Made by a program: the position numbers and the translations under genes
DNA from: a virus
Taxonomy: Duplodnaviria; Caudoviricetes
Virus record (IMG/VR): IMGVR_UViG_3300008267_006330
Location: 1 to 53,108 of that record
DNA length: 53,108 nucleotides
Direction: 5' to 3' (one strand)
Notes under the pieces: generated by a model
Database searches by the model: none
Seen by the model: the letters and a program-made list of their open reading frames with translations, nothing else
What the model was told of the DNA's origin: nothing
In this document: piece after piece, positions 1-9,285 of the stretch
Layout: each line of letters starts with the position of its first letter
Numbering within the stretch: the stretch's first letter is position 1

Positions 1-80
1 TACTCCAGGCCAATTTGGATGAAGTAAACAATGTGGGTACGGTCCACTCGTTTTTTGCGTGATTGCTTTTTAAGTTCCAT
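1..80 (-). CDS. 5' end of a probable GIY-YIG-like nuclease, running off the left edge
   Basis: ATG at 80 reads MELKKQSRKKRVDRTHIVYFIQIGLE; IVY resembles the first GIY-YIG strand; lies 6 nt after a consensus -10. Confidence 0.45.
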   Translation of the reverse strand, partial: MELKKQSRKKRVDRTHIVYFIQIGLE

Positions 81-86
81 ACAAGT

Positions 87-115
87 ATTATAGCAAAAAG
101 AGCATTTTTGGTCAA
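87..115 (-). promoter_or_regulatory. sigma70-type early promoter, probably giving a leaderless mRNA
   Basis: TTGACC-17 nt-TATAAT with extended TGn; ATG 6 nt downstream; AGTACT palindromes upstream at 123-146. Confidence 0.75.
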
Positions 116-175
116 CCGAAATGTAGTACTACAAAAGTACTACTTTTTAGGGTTACAAAAGTGTTGTTTTTTTGC

Positions 176-526
176 TCAATACCGTTGTAAACTTGCCACA
201 AAACGGTTGACATCATTATACAGGGCATACATGACTGCTTCCCGGCTGGCAAAAAAGCATAGTTTGGGACGCTTACTGACTTTGATATAGTAAGGGCCAG
301 TGAGTTTACGATCCAGCATCAACAGTATTCTGGGCACAGCATGAACAGCAACTTCTGTTTCAAAATCCCAGTGCTCAATTTTGTATTGTTCAAATGCTTC
401 AAAACCAACAGAGGTAAGTCGCCAACCACCGTCGGGAGTTTGCCACCATTCCGTCATGGCTTCTTCCACGGTCCATAGATCCGACTGAGCGACCAATACT
501 TGAGTCAGTTGTTGTTTACTTGGCAT
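176..526 (-). CDS. hypothetical phage protein
   Basis: 116 aa ORF overlapping the end of its upstream neighbour. Confidence 0.7.
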   Translation of the reverse strand: MPSKQQLTQVLVAQSDLWTVEEAMTEWWQTPDGGWRLTSVGFEAFEQYKIEHWDFETEVAVHAVPRILLMLDRKLTGPYYIKVSKRPKLCFFASREAVMYALYNDVNRFVASLQRY

Positions 527-815
527 CGGGGTATACTTGCGCCCCCTGCGTCAAGAGTACAACTGTGAACTTGTCGGTCTTGAATTGTGTGTTGAGTTTA
601 CGTGCCAGATTCTTGGCATGCCCGGGATTGGAGAATGAAACCTTTTTGTACTTGGGCCCCGGATACTGTGTGAGCATGTTTGACGTTTTTAAGTTGATGG
701 GTTTGTTGTCATAAAAAACCGCCCAAACTCCTTCCGACGCTAATACTTGCTCGGTCTTGTAAGTTGCTTTGTCAGTGTGTTCAATCAACACATTTGGCTT
801 GGGTCTTGACATCAT
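516..815 (-). CDS. hypothetical phage protein (MSRPKP... type)
   Basis: GGAG RBS and TAAATA late-type promoter (829-834) upstream. Confidence 0.75.
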   Translation of the reverse strand: MMSRPKPNVLIEHTDKATYKTEQVLASEGVWAVFYDNKPINLKTSNMLTQYPGPKYKKVSFSNPGHAKNLARKLNTQFKTDKFTVVLLTQGAQVYPDAK

Positions 816-843
816 TATCTCCGTAGTTTATTTATCTCAATAA

Positions 844-1059
844 CTACGTGCTTTTGAAAGTGCCACCACTCAATTCCACTGTAACAGTTTCTTCTTTTGC
901 TGTGGGTTTTAGATTACGCATGCCTTCAAGCGTCAACAACAATTTGGTAATATCTCCGTGCAGGTCTTTGGCATCACGCAATGATATTGTTAGATCTCGC
1001 TGACCGCGACTTTCTGCGGCTTTGATAGAATCAACAAAACGGTTGATATGCAAGCTCAT
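844..1059 (-). CDS. hypothetical protein
   Basis: 71 aa, ATGA overlap with upstream gene. Confidence 0.7.
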   Translation of the reverse strand: MSLHINRFVDSIKAAESRGQRDLTISLRDAKDLHGDITKLLLTLEGMRNLKPTAKEETVTVELSGGTFKST

Positions 1060-1412
1060 TTTACAAACGGCGCCAACTCAGGTGGTGTCCAACCCTGTGG
1101 TTTTAAGACCTTGCCATCTTCACGTTTTCGAACCTTACCTGTGTCTCGATCAATCTTGGCAAAGTTAGTACGCATGACTTCTTTCCATGCACCTTCTGCG
1201 TCAACACCAAGACTGTGAATGGCACCAATGGTCACAACCAAAATATCAATCAAGGCATCAAGGTCGTCTACCTTGGTTTTACTGGCCACCAATTCATTGA
1301 ACTCTTCTGAGATGAGATTGCAATACAATTGATATTGTGCCTCGTTGAACTCGCCTACAGATTGATCGCAGGCTTGCATGAATTTTTCTTGATCTCTAAA
1401 CGGGTTTGACAT
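1056..1412 (-). CDS. MazG-like / all-alpha NTP pyrophosphohydrolase
   Basis: EEFNEL...DALIDILVV acidic helix motif and REDGKVLKP tail; start trimmed to MSNPF. Confidence 0.75.
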   Translation of the reverse strand: MSNPFRDQEKFMQACDQSVGEFNEAQYQLYCNLISEEFNELVASKTKVDDLDALIDILVVTIGAIHSLGVDAEGAWKEVMRTNFAKIDRDTGKVRKREDGKVLKPQGWTPPELAPFVK

Positions 1413-1845
1413 TTGCTTCTTCTTTACTAAAAAACGGACCCTGATACTCATAACGCTCCAAGGAGATTAGTTTAGGGTGCTGAACAATTTTCCACTTGCG
1501 ATGTTGCCGCACTCGATACCAACCAGCCGCAAACCATGACTTGGATTTTGTGTCTCTAGTGAACAAAGGCAACCGGCGTTTGACGTCCCACAAGGGATTG
1601 TATACCGTGCCTTCTACGTCGTGACCATACACTATGTTTTCCGGCGTAGGTGTGGCTTTTTCTGGTGGCTCAAACTCAATGTTCACAGCCTCTCGAGCCA
1701 TTTTGACTGTTTTGTAACTCACAACATTGTCATGAATTTTTATGATACAGTTACCGTTCTCAGCCACTTCAAGTTGACCAATCTTGCGATTGTTCTTCTT
1801 GAGTATCCAATACTGATTCTCTACTACAGGTTTAGCTAATATCAT
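1396..1845 (-). CDS. hypothetical phage protein
   Basis: Start MILAKPVV after GGAG; overlaps both neighbours. Confidence 0.7.
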   Translation of the reverse strand: MILAKPVVENQYWILKKNNRKIGQLEVAENGNCIIKIHDNVVSYKTVKMAREAVNIEFEPPEKATPTPENIVYGHDVEGTVYNPLWDVKRRLPLFTRDTKSKSWFAAGWYRVRQHRKWKIVQHPKLISLERYEYQGPFFSKEEANVKPV

Positions 1846-2839
1846 CCAATACTCCTTTGTATGTTTCGTTAAGCCAACGACTGACTTGATCTGCACTGTC
1901 ACTGAGTTTGGTCAACTCGTACTTGCCACAAAACCGCATGAAGTGAACTCCAACTTGACCAACGTCTTTATGACTAATCTGTTCACGGATGCAACCATCC
2001 ACAGTGGCTTTGACATCTGCAGGTTGCGCTGTGAGGTCAATCAAGGTACAGTTACGTTCGTAGTCATCCAACACACGATGTTCTGCGCCATTGTGGTCGG
2101 TCCAACGTTGCAACATCAGATTGTTCCAATTGTATCCGCGCTTGTCTCTGTCTCCAAAGGCCTCACGGAGACCAACTTTATTCTTTGTGCCTTTCTCACG
2201 TACTCCAGGATACGCACTGAATACGTTGTCTGAGGTGTCGCCACGCATACACTTCTCAAATAGCAACCAGGCTGGATCCGGGATCGTTTTTGGCTGTTTA
2301 GTTTTCTTATCATTGACACGGTTACCTTTAGCATCGAATATGCCCTCCAAGGTTAGTAGTTCATCTGTGATACCATTGTATTGTGTGACGTTGGCGGCCA
2401 GCAACTGCACAAAGTCAGTGTCTGAACTTACAATGGTGTGTTCATCTTGGGGGTGCAGTGCAATCCAACGTGCTATGATATCATCTGCTTCAGCAGTGGC
2501 ACAACGGATCACACTACAATTTGTTTTTGTAGACAAGTATTTAGTCAGCTCGTCGTACGTTTCCCAGAACAGTCGGTCTTCTTCTGCTTCTGTTTCGGTC
2601 ATTGCCCCACGTGCCACAGCACGGTTTTTCTTGTAGGGTTCGTAGAAATCTTTGCGCCACGAGCGCCCTTCTAGTGCAAACACCACATGATCTGCTTGAA
2701 AACGCCGGGCCACTTTGTTAGCGGCCATTATGGTAACATGCAGGGCAAAGCCCAGTTTAGTCCATGTGTCACTGGCACGGTGTGCTGAGTGTCGGGCACG
2801 GAAGAACATGTTGGCTGTATCAATCAGTAGGTATTTCAT
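1832..2839 (-). CDS. rnh: T4 RNase H-like 5'-3' exonuclease / flap endonuclease
   Basis: LIDTAN, WRKDFYEPYKKNR, EADDII, SSDTDFVQL and GDTSDNV motifs. Confidence 0.9.
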   Translation of the reverse strand: MKYLLIDTANMFFRARHSAHRASDTWTKLGFALHVTIMAANKVARRFQADHVVFALEGRSWRKDFYEPYKKNRAVARGAMTETEAEEDRLFWETYDELTKYLSTKTNCSVIRCATAEADDIIARWIALHPQDEHTIVSSDTDFVQLLAANVTQYNGITDELLTLEGIFDAKGNRVNDKKTKQPKTIPDPAWLLFEKCMRGDTSDNVFSAYPGVREKGTKNKVGLREAFGDRDKRGYNWNNLMLQRWTDHNGAEHRVLDDYERNCTLIDLTAQPADVKATVDGCIREQISHKDVGQVGVHFMRFCGKYELTKLSDSADQVSRWLNETYKGVLDDIS

Positions 2840-3557
2840 CTGCACTCACAATTTGGTGGTTGAGCATGTATTGTAACACATGTTTTGCCCAAAAGCAATG
2901 GGCTTCCTTACCAAAATGGTATCCAAACGGTCTAGTATGCTCAAATCCGTTGTTTTCTAACACAGCATTGTAACTAGAACTTCGAAGGTATGGATCAATA
3001 TAGTCCACTTCCCAATCCTTTTGATCCTGAATGTCACTGAATGTACTGTACCCGCTAAAGAACAAATGCTTAATACCTTGCGCTTTTAGTTCACAATGCA
3101 ACTCCCAAATAGCTTGATGAGCCTGTTGTGTTTTTTGATGCCAATCAACTTCAGTCACGTACTGTTTGTAGCGGTCTTGCCATTCTGGTGGAACCATATC
3201 AATACCACTGGCATTGACTTGATACCAGTAGTTGGACTCTGTATGGAACCATTCTTCGCGTTCCCACGTGGTCCATTGTATGACCATGAACGTGTTGGCC
3301 AGTTTATCAGGATTGTTTTTGATCCACTCACGGGTGGTTCGTATGATTCTTGGATTACTACCGCCGCTTTGGGCATCACAATAAAATTCTGTAGCACCCA
3401 ACATTTCTGACAGTTTCTTACCCCAACTGACTTTTAAGTTTTCAGGATGAGGAACTTGCCCCCAACCATAATAGTCTGGATCATCTTCGGCCCAGGCATG
3501 TTCTACATTGGCATCGCAAGCGGCGGTATGGCTACAGCCGTTAACATACAAAATCAT
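2820..3557 (-). CDS. SGNH/GDSL-hydrolase-like protein
   Basis: N-terminal NGCSHT, GGSN block, C-terminal His (YHF); paralogous to 5185-5844 and 29677-30483. Confidence 0.55.
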   Translation of the reverse strand: MILYVNGCSHTAACDANVEHAWAEDDPDYYGWGQVPHPENLKVSWGKKLSEMLGATEFYCDAQSGGSNPRIIRTTREWIKNNPDKLANTFMVIQWTTWEREEWFHTESNYWYQVNASGIDMVPPEWQDRYKQYVTEVDWHQKTQQAHQAIWELHCELKAQGIKHLFFSGYSTFSDIQDQKDWEVDYIDPYLRSSSYNAVLENNGFEHTRPFGYHFGKEAHCFWAKHVLQYMLNHQIVSADEIPTD

Positions 3558-4030
3558 TTTTGTAGTAGTACTTTTTCAGTCTCTGCGGCAACCACACGTT
3601 TGCGCAGACTTGAACTGGAGAACGAGTGATCTCTGCCATTGAACACCAATTCAATACCACGCATGCCGCACTCCTCATAGCCAGAGAAGTTTTTGTGTTG
3701 ATATTCCACACCTAGCACACGAACATCAACTGGCAGGATCAGCAACAAGTCAACAAGATCCTGTTCGGTTTGATACACAACAACTTCATCAACATAACGG
3801 CATGCAGCTAACTGTATTTGTCGCTCCACAATACTTTGTATAGGACGATTTTTAGTGTCAGGTCTATCGATAGTTGGGTCTGTTTGGAGCCCACAGATCA
3901 GGTAGTCACAGTGATTCTTGGCTTCCGATAGCATGGCAATGTGACCTGCGTGGAGCATGTCAAAGGTTGAAAAAGTGATACCAATTTTCTTCCCGTCTTG
4001 TTTGAGTTGTTTGATGTGATTGAATATCAT
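3554..4030 (-). CDS. cytidylyltransferase (TagD/RfaE-like, HxGH family)
   Basis: FDMLHAGH motif and terminal SSSSLR. Confidence 0.85.
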   Translation of the reverse strand: MIFNHIKQLKQDGKKIGITFSTFDMLHAGHIAMLSEAKNHCDYLICGLQTDPTIDRPDTKNRPIQSIVERQIQLAACRYVDEVVVYQTEQDLVDLLLILPVDVRVLGVEYQHKNFSGYEECGMRGIELVFNGRDHSFSSSSLRKRVVAAETEKVLLQK

Positions 4031-4416
4031 GACACTTCGGTTCTTCCGCCGCCTATGTCTCTAGTGCTGACATATTGTCCAACACCTTTGATCATGGCCT
4101 GTTCTTGTTCCCAGGTTTCCATTACCACATGTCTACACACATTTTGGAACCAACGATCCACAATGTCGGCATCAACATCATTGGGTTTCATCATGTAACC
4201 GGCTTTGACCAATCGAGCTACAAAGATCTCATTCCAGTCAAGTTCAAACGCACCTTGGTGCAGGTTGTCAGGATCAATGTCCATACGTACCATTGCCACG
4301 TATGGTTCGTTCTTTTCTGTGGCAAGCTCTTTTTCAGTCTTGACTGGTGCCTTGACCTTTGGCTCTCGGGGCGCAGGTGCTACTGCTGGTGGCTTTTTCT
4401 TGAACCAATCAAACAT
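4027..4416 (-). CDS. hypothetical phage protein
   Basis: 129 aa, coupled to neighbours. Confidence 0.7.
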   Translation of the reverse strand: MFDWFKKKPPAVAPAPREPKVKAPVKTEKELATEKNEPYVAMVRMDIDPDNLHQGAFELDWNEIFVARLVKAGYMMKPNDVDADIVDRWFQNVCRHVVMETWEQEQAMIKGVGQYVSTRDIGGGRTEVS

Positions 4417-5188
4417 TTACTTCCCCCATCCGTTGCCCCAAAGGTCAACGTGTAACCTTGGAGTATACCAATAACCACGCTTGAGTGCTTCGTCTGCTAC
4501 GTGTATACGTGTGCCATCATAAACACTGACAACACCACCCAATGGCATCACAAATACTGGCCCGCTAAAGCCGCGATTGCGATAGTCGTCTACAACTACA
4601 TCAAGTTCTGCAAAGTCATCAATGTGACCCACAACAAATTTTAGATAGGTAATACCATAGGTTTCGTAGTCCCAAATGATGTCGGGTTTGATAGCATCTT
4701 CATACTTCTCTCCACTTAACGTGAGTTTGGGACTTACTGAGAACACAATCTCACCAAGCCAGTTGTTGAGATATGTTTTGAAATCACGATGTAGTTCTTG
4801 GGTACCATTGGTCTCAAATGTAATATGACGCAATCCACGCTCGTGCTGGGTTGCCGTTTGGCTGTTGCCAGTTACCATGTGGCAATAGCGCCGCCATCTT
4901 GTCCACAAGCTCATCTGCTGTGTATGTTGGGCTTAGGTGTTTGAAGTCTGGATGCCAGCTTGCATAAGAATCACATCCAGTGCTAACAAGCGGAAGCTCT
5001 TCAAACGTTTTGTACAAGTGTACACTCTTTGCCACTTCGTCTGCTTCGGGGCTCTTCTCCCCGGGCTTGCATCCAAAACCTGAGCAGGTAAAGTTACAGC
5101 CAAACATACGCAAGAAAATACTTGGTACGCCCACATAACGACCTTCGCCTTGTGCTGAATAAAATAGTTCACTTACTTTGAATTTCAT
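4417..5188 (-). pseudogene. queE: 7-carboxy-7-deazaguanine synthase QueE, split by a frameshifting deletion near 4846
   Basis: N-half has FYSAQGEG and FLRMFGCNFTC...GCDS; C-half in another frame has ITFETNGT, SVSPKL, YLKFVV, PRLHVDLWGN; the TGGEP motif is missing at the junction. Confidence 0.85.
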
Positions 5189-5844
5189 AGTCTTGTTACC
5201 TTTGTCATGCCCGACTTGCGGGGATCTTTATTTAGATTGATACTTTCTTCATGCATTATAACACGAGTAGATTGTTTTGTCACCCAGCCCGGCAATACTG
5301 CATCTAAATAGGCCAAATGCTCTGCTGGACTAGGATGCGGATCACCATCTCTGTTGGGCCAACTGTTGGGAAACAGTACAGCCTTGTAACTGGGCAGGAT
5401 AGAGTCTACAATATCTTGATAGATATTTAGAGAATCAATAGTGTCCATGGACAAAAATCTCCACTGTGTTTTTCGATTTTCTAATAGTGTTTTCACTGCT
5501 TTGATGTAGGCCAACGTTTTTATCAGTAATCCGCGTTCGTCAACGTGAGTTTCAAGATATTCTTTATTGTAGATTGGGCACGTAAACATGTTGCCCAGTG
5601 TGTGCCAGCGACCGTCTACATATCTATCTTCACGAGTGGCACTAGTCCAACATACAATCACTGTATCATCAGAGTCAAATTTATTACGCTGATCCGTTTC
5701 CATTACACTATTGAATATAAACTCATTGCCTGCGCCACTTTGCGCCCAGTTTTCAAAATAATCAAATTCTGGGGCAAGGCAATCGGCCCAGGTACTCCAG
5801 CGGTAGTTTGTAAAACTACAGCCAAATGTAAACAGTCGGCGCAT
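5185..5844 (-). CDS. SGNH-hydrolase-like protein
   Basis: FGCSFT, SGAGN and DPHPS motifs. Confidence 0.6.
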   Translation of the reverse strand: MRRLFTFGCSFTNYRWSTWADCLAPEFDYFENWAQSGAGNEFIFNSVMETDQRNKFDSDDTVIVCWTSATREDRYVDGRWHTLGNMFTCPIYNKEYLETHVDERGLLIKTLAYIKAVKTLLENRKTQWRFLSMDTIDSLNIYQDIVDSILPSYKAVLFPNSWPNRDGDPHPSPAEHLAYLDAVLPGWVTKQSTRVIMHEESINLNKDPRKSGMTKVTRL

Positions 5845-7844
5845 TATGCCGCTAGTTGTTTTACAGAGAACGAGCCTTGTGCCTTGGCAGCGCCCTTACC
5901 ACGCTGAGTTGCCTTGCTGTCAACTGCACCCACCAAATCAACTGTGGCTTTGCCAAAGTTGCGACGTCGAGCAAAATAAAACAACTCTAAAAATCTATTT
6001 AGACTCATGGTTTTGTCTTCGGGGAAATCCAGCCGATACACTGTGGGTTCGTTGACCAAGGGTCGATTGAAACTCAAGTATTCCCAAATGTTATAGTCCA
6101 GAGTCAAATTCATGGGATAGGCATTTCTGTCATCATACTTGATGTAGTAATTTCGTTGAAGACGCATGAGGCTGGCCAGGAGGTCTGCTGGCAACATATA
6201 ACGTTCTAAGAAAGTTTCCAAGAAATCATACAAGTCGTCCACACGGTCTTCTTGGTGCATGTTCATTGAGGTACGATGTATAATGTTCCAACCATGAATC
6301 TCCACACCAATCTTGGGATGATTGATCTTGCCAGTATTCATCCAGTTAGAAAAATATGTTCTGGCTTCGTCTGCTTCTTTCTTCAACCATTCATGAGTCA
6401 TGGCATATTCAAACAGATCTTCGTAGTAATCGTGGTAACTGATGCCTAGATACTTGTTGATAAATCTGGCCACGATGGTAGCAAAGCCATTGATGTGCAT
6501 GGTAGTTTGAAACCATGAAAAAATCTGTGCATCCAACATCACAGGCGTGGGCATGTCTTTTGTGCCTGTTATTACGTCAATACTTTCTTCTATATGCTCT
6601 ACACTGTATGAGCCAGCAAAGTAATCTGTCACAGGCTGACTGGTGATCTTGAACAGTTTTTTCTGTAGCAAGTTCATTTCGGCATTTTCCAACAACTGTG
6701 CCTGGAACACAGTGATACCTGTGTGTTGATTTAGATCATACAAGGCATAGAAGTTTTTCTTCCAGGATTCTAGAGTTTCGCCAGGCAGGCCCAGGATCAG
6801 TTCGGTATAGGCTGGAATGTTGCGTTGATCACACAGTTCAAACACTTCGTTGAGTTTGTTCATCTCCATGTTCTTGCGACGAATGTTTTCCAACACATCC
6901 AAGTCCAAGCTCTGTACACTCAGTGTGAGACCCTGATTGAAGCCTCGAGCATCCAGCAGTTTCTTCACAATGTCAATTACTTCCTTTTTTTGGTTCTTGG
7001 CCCAGGCCACAGAGAAGGTGCGCGGTGATCCATACTTTTCTTGCATCTCAATGATCTTGTCGGCAATCATGCCATCACGTTCGGGGAACATGCCAAAGTT
7101 GGCATCAGTGATTGAGATCCAATCAAAGTTGCGTTCGGCCATCCATTCAAGTTCGTGAAACACTCGGGTGAGTTCAAATTGCTTGACTTTGTTGTAGGTC
7201 AGGCTACCCCAGTCACAAAAAGTACAAGCAAACGGACACCCACGATTGGTTTCCAGGGTGCCTTGCCAGGTTACTTCGGGGTGGTCTGCCATCATTTTAT
7301 CAAATATGCCCGACAGGTAAGGACTGGCCACTTGTTCAAGACTTTCAATACGTTCAGCGTCTTGTGTTTTCACAGCCTCACCGTTGCGATTGATCAACAG
7401 GCCCGGAACTGATTCCCAGTCACCAGTTTCAAAATGTTCCAGCACTCGCTTGAATGTGATTTCACCTTCGTAGCAGATCACCAGATCCATAAAAGGTTCT
7501 TTACGAAACAGATCTGGATCAGTTATTGCAGGTTCTGGCCCACCAAACACAGTCAATACTTTGGGATTGATTTCTTTGATACGACGGGCCAGGGCATAGT
7601 TATAGCGGTGATTCCATACATAGGTACTAAAAGTCACAATGCTATTGATTGCCAGTCGTTGTGCCACAGGTTCCAGCGCATCACGGCGCCAGATCCAGTC
7701 AGTGGCTTCAAAACGTTCACGTATGGCCGGGTCAGCTAGACTATAACTCCATACTACACCTGCAGAGTACGGCAGATAATAGGCGTTGAATTCTTTGGGC
7801 CCTTGCTGAAAATTGGGTTGCACAAAGGCAATGGTATGTTTCAT
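5844..7844 (-). CDS. cobalamin-binding radical SAM enzyme (class B type)
   Basis: B12-binding-like N-terminus (GGPEP, EGE) and RGCPFACTFCDW; start trimmed to MKHTIAF, 4 nt after TAAATA. Confidence 0.85.
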   Translation of the reverse strand: MKHTIAFVQPNFQQGPKEFNAYYLPYSAGVVWSYSLADPAIRERFEATDWIWRRDALEPVAQRLAINSIVTFSTYVWNHRYNYALARRIKEINPKVLTVFGGPEPAITDPDLFRKEPFMDLVICYEGEITFKRVLEHFETGDWESVPGLLINRNGEAVKTQDAERIESLEQVASPYLSGIFDKMMADHPEVTWQGTLETNRGCPFACTFCDWGSLTYNKVKQFELTRVFHELEWMAERNFDWISITDANFGMFPERDGMIADKIIEMQEKYGSPRTFSVAWAKNQKKEVIDIVKKLLDARGFNQGLTLSVQSLDLDVLENIRRKNMEMNKLNEVFELCDQRNIPAYTELILGLPGETLESWKKNFYALYDLNQHTGITVFQAQLLENAEMNLLQKKLFKITSQPVTDYFAGSYSVEHIEESIDVITGTKDMPTPVMLDAQIFSWFQTTMHINGFATIVARFINKYLGISYHDYYEDLFEYAMTHEWLKKEADEARTYFSNWMNTGKINHPKIGVEIHGWNIIHRTSMNMHQEDRVDDLYDFLETFLERYMLPADLLASLMRLQRNYYIKYDDRNAYPMNLTLDYNIWEYLSFNRPLVNEPTVYRLDFPEDKTMSLNRFLELFYFARRRNFGKATVDLVGAVDSKATQRGKGAAKAQGSFSVKQLAA

Positions 7845-7851
7845 ACAGTAT

Positions 7852-8697
7852 TTAAGCCTTGACAGCATGCGGATTCGCAAACTGTACCATCTGACTGTTG
7901 ATGTCATTTTCGGCCAGTTTTTGCCAGGGATCTTGTGTGCCTTTAAAAATATTTTCAAAGAATTCAGTACTGGCACCTTGCTTGCGCATGTGCATGGCTA
8001 ATTTTGCACAGTCTCGATGCCGTAGATCTATCATTTCTCTGCTGTGAAAATCTCTGGGGTCATCGGGTTTACCTTCTAGCATGGGACGATTGGCATAGAT
8101 GTCGTCGTTGTTGTTACCAGTCAAGTCAAATCGATCATGCAACACATCCACATTGATTCGCTGATAGATGTCCAGCATGTATGCCTGCTGACTTACCCAG
8201 CCATCTTGTGTGGGGTGTGGGCTGATATAGCCCAGCAGGTCATACCATGTTCGAGGTACTATGGGAAAGATTGAATAAGGATGCATGCGATGAGTACAGA
8301 AACTCAACAACTTAAATTGCCCTGTATAACTGAGTATAGTAGTATCCCAGCCTTGACTTTGCATCACAGCATCGTCGTTCCAGATCACCAACCAATCACT
8401 GTCGGTTTGTTTGGCCATGGCGTTGTTGTACTTGTGTAAGTTCACATAGCCCATGCGTTCAAACTTCATGGCAGTGTAACTGATGTCACGCTCGTCCATC
8501 CAAGGTTGCAGTTCGTTAACAAAGTACTTGAAACCTATGTCATCATCATTGTCAAAAGCAAACATGATTTGCACACGACTAATGTCGTCGGCCAACTCTA
8601 CCAAACTGCGTATACTGCGACCCAGGCTCTCTGTTCGGCCACGAGTGGCCAATAGCATGGCAATACCATATTCATGTTCTTTCATTGACATCTCCAT
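7852..8697 (-). CDS. GT-A fold (GT2-like) glycosyltransferase
   Basis: LLATRGR first strand, FDNDD, WNDDA DxD-like motif. Confidence 0.7.
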   Translation of the reverse strand: MEMSMKEHEYGIAMLLATRGRTESLGRSIRSLVELADDISRVQIMFAFDNDDDIGFKYFVNELQPWMDERDISYTAMKFERMGYVNLHKYNNAMAKQTDSDWLVIWNDDAVMQSQGWDTTILSYTGQFKLLSFCTHRMHPYSIFPIVPRTWYDLLGYISPHPTQDGWVSQQAYMLDIYQRINVDVLHDRFDLTGNNNDDIYANRPMLEGKPDDPRDFHSREMIDLRHRDCAKLAMHMRKQGASTEFFENIFKGTQDPWQKLAENDINSQMVQFANPHAVKA

Positions 8698-9194
8698 TAT
8701 GCAAACAAATCCTCATTCCATTCACGATGACCTTCACGGAACGCCATGTTAGCCTGTGTTTCACGTACTTCCACTCTATAGCACCACAAACGTGCGGCTT
8801 CACCCGGTCCCCACATCTCAGGAATGTATACGCCATTCACATACTTGTACAGCATATCGCTGAGGCCCTCACAGCCTAGCTTGGGTAACACAACAATCTT
8901 GGCCATGTTCCGCTCTTGTAACAGTTTGAATGTTGCCATCTCAGGATCATCGGCGGCCACAATCAAGGTATGGTCAAACTGGTCTTCTAGGGTTTTCTTT
9001 AGTTCTTTGAGTCCGCCGTAGTCAGCGGCCCAATTGCGCACATCCAAGTCATTGGTTCCAAAGTAGAATTTCATACTGAATGAATATCCATGTATCAAAT
9101 TACAATGACTGTCTGCCCTCCACTGTCTGTACGCACACGGAAATGCGTCGTGGTACTCTTTGGTTGAGGTATATTTGTAAACTACTGGTGTCAT
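8697..9194 (-). CDS. queD: 6-carboxy-5,6,7,8-tetrahydropterin synthase QueD
   Basis: HCNLIHGY (CxxxHGH variant), DYGGLK, FDHT, EVRET; AGGAG RBS. Confidence 0.85.
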   Translation of the reverse strand: MTPVVYKYTSTKEYHDAFPCAYRQWRADSHCNLIHGYSFSMKFYFGTNDLDVRNWAADYGGLKELKKTLEDQFDHTLIVAADDPEMATFKLLQERNMAKIVVLPKLGCEGLSDMLYKYVNGVYIPEMWGPGEAARLWCYRVEVRETQANMAFREGHREWNEDLFA

Positions 9195-9200
9195 GCTGTT

Positions 9201-9270
9201 TCTCCTATGTTAATGTTAGCATAGGCTGGCAGAGTTTGTATAGCGGGATGAACGCCAAAGGCCGCTGTAA
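9201..9270 (-). ncRNA. candidate preQ1-I-like riboswitch with an RBS-sequestering hairpin
   Basis: AGCGG/CCGCU stem with 15-nt loop, A-rich tail AUACAAA, loop UGGC complementary to tail GCCA; CCUAUG/CAUAGG hairpin covers AGGAG; sits directly 5' of queD. Confidence 0.55.
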
Positions 9271-9275
9271 AAGAA

Positions 9276-9281
9276 TATTTA
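9276..9281 (-). promoter_or_regulatory. T4-type late promoter core (TAAATA)
   Basis: Same motif in intergenic position at 829, 7849, 26739, 26759(+), 39129, 40080, 41480, 42474, 47005 and 47060(+). Confidence 0.65.
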
Positions 9282-9285
9282 TTAA

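Noticed and set aside
7845-7976. 44-aa N-terminal extension of the radical SAM ORF
   Set aside because: Overlaps the upstream gene; ATG at 7844 follows TAAATA and starts a plausible domain
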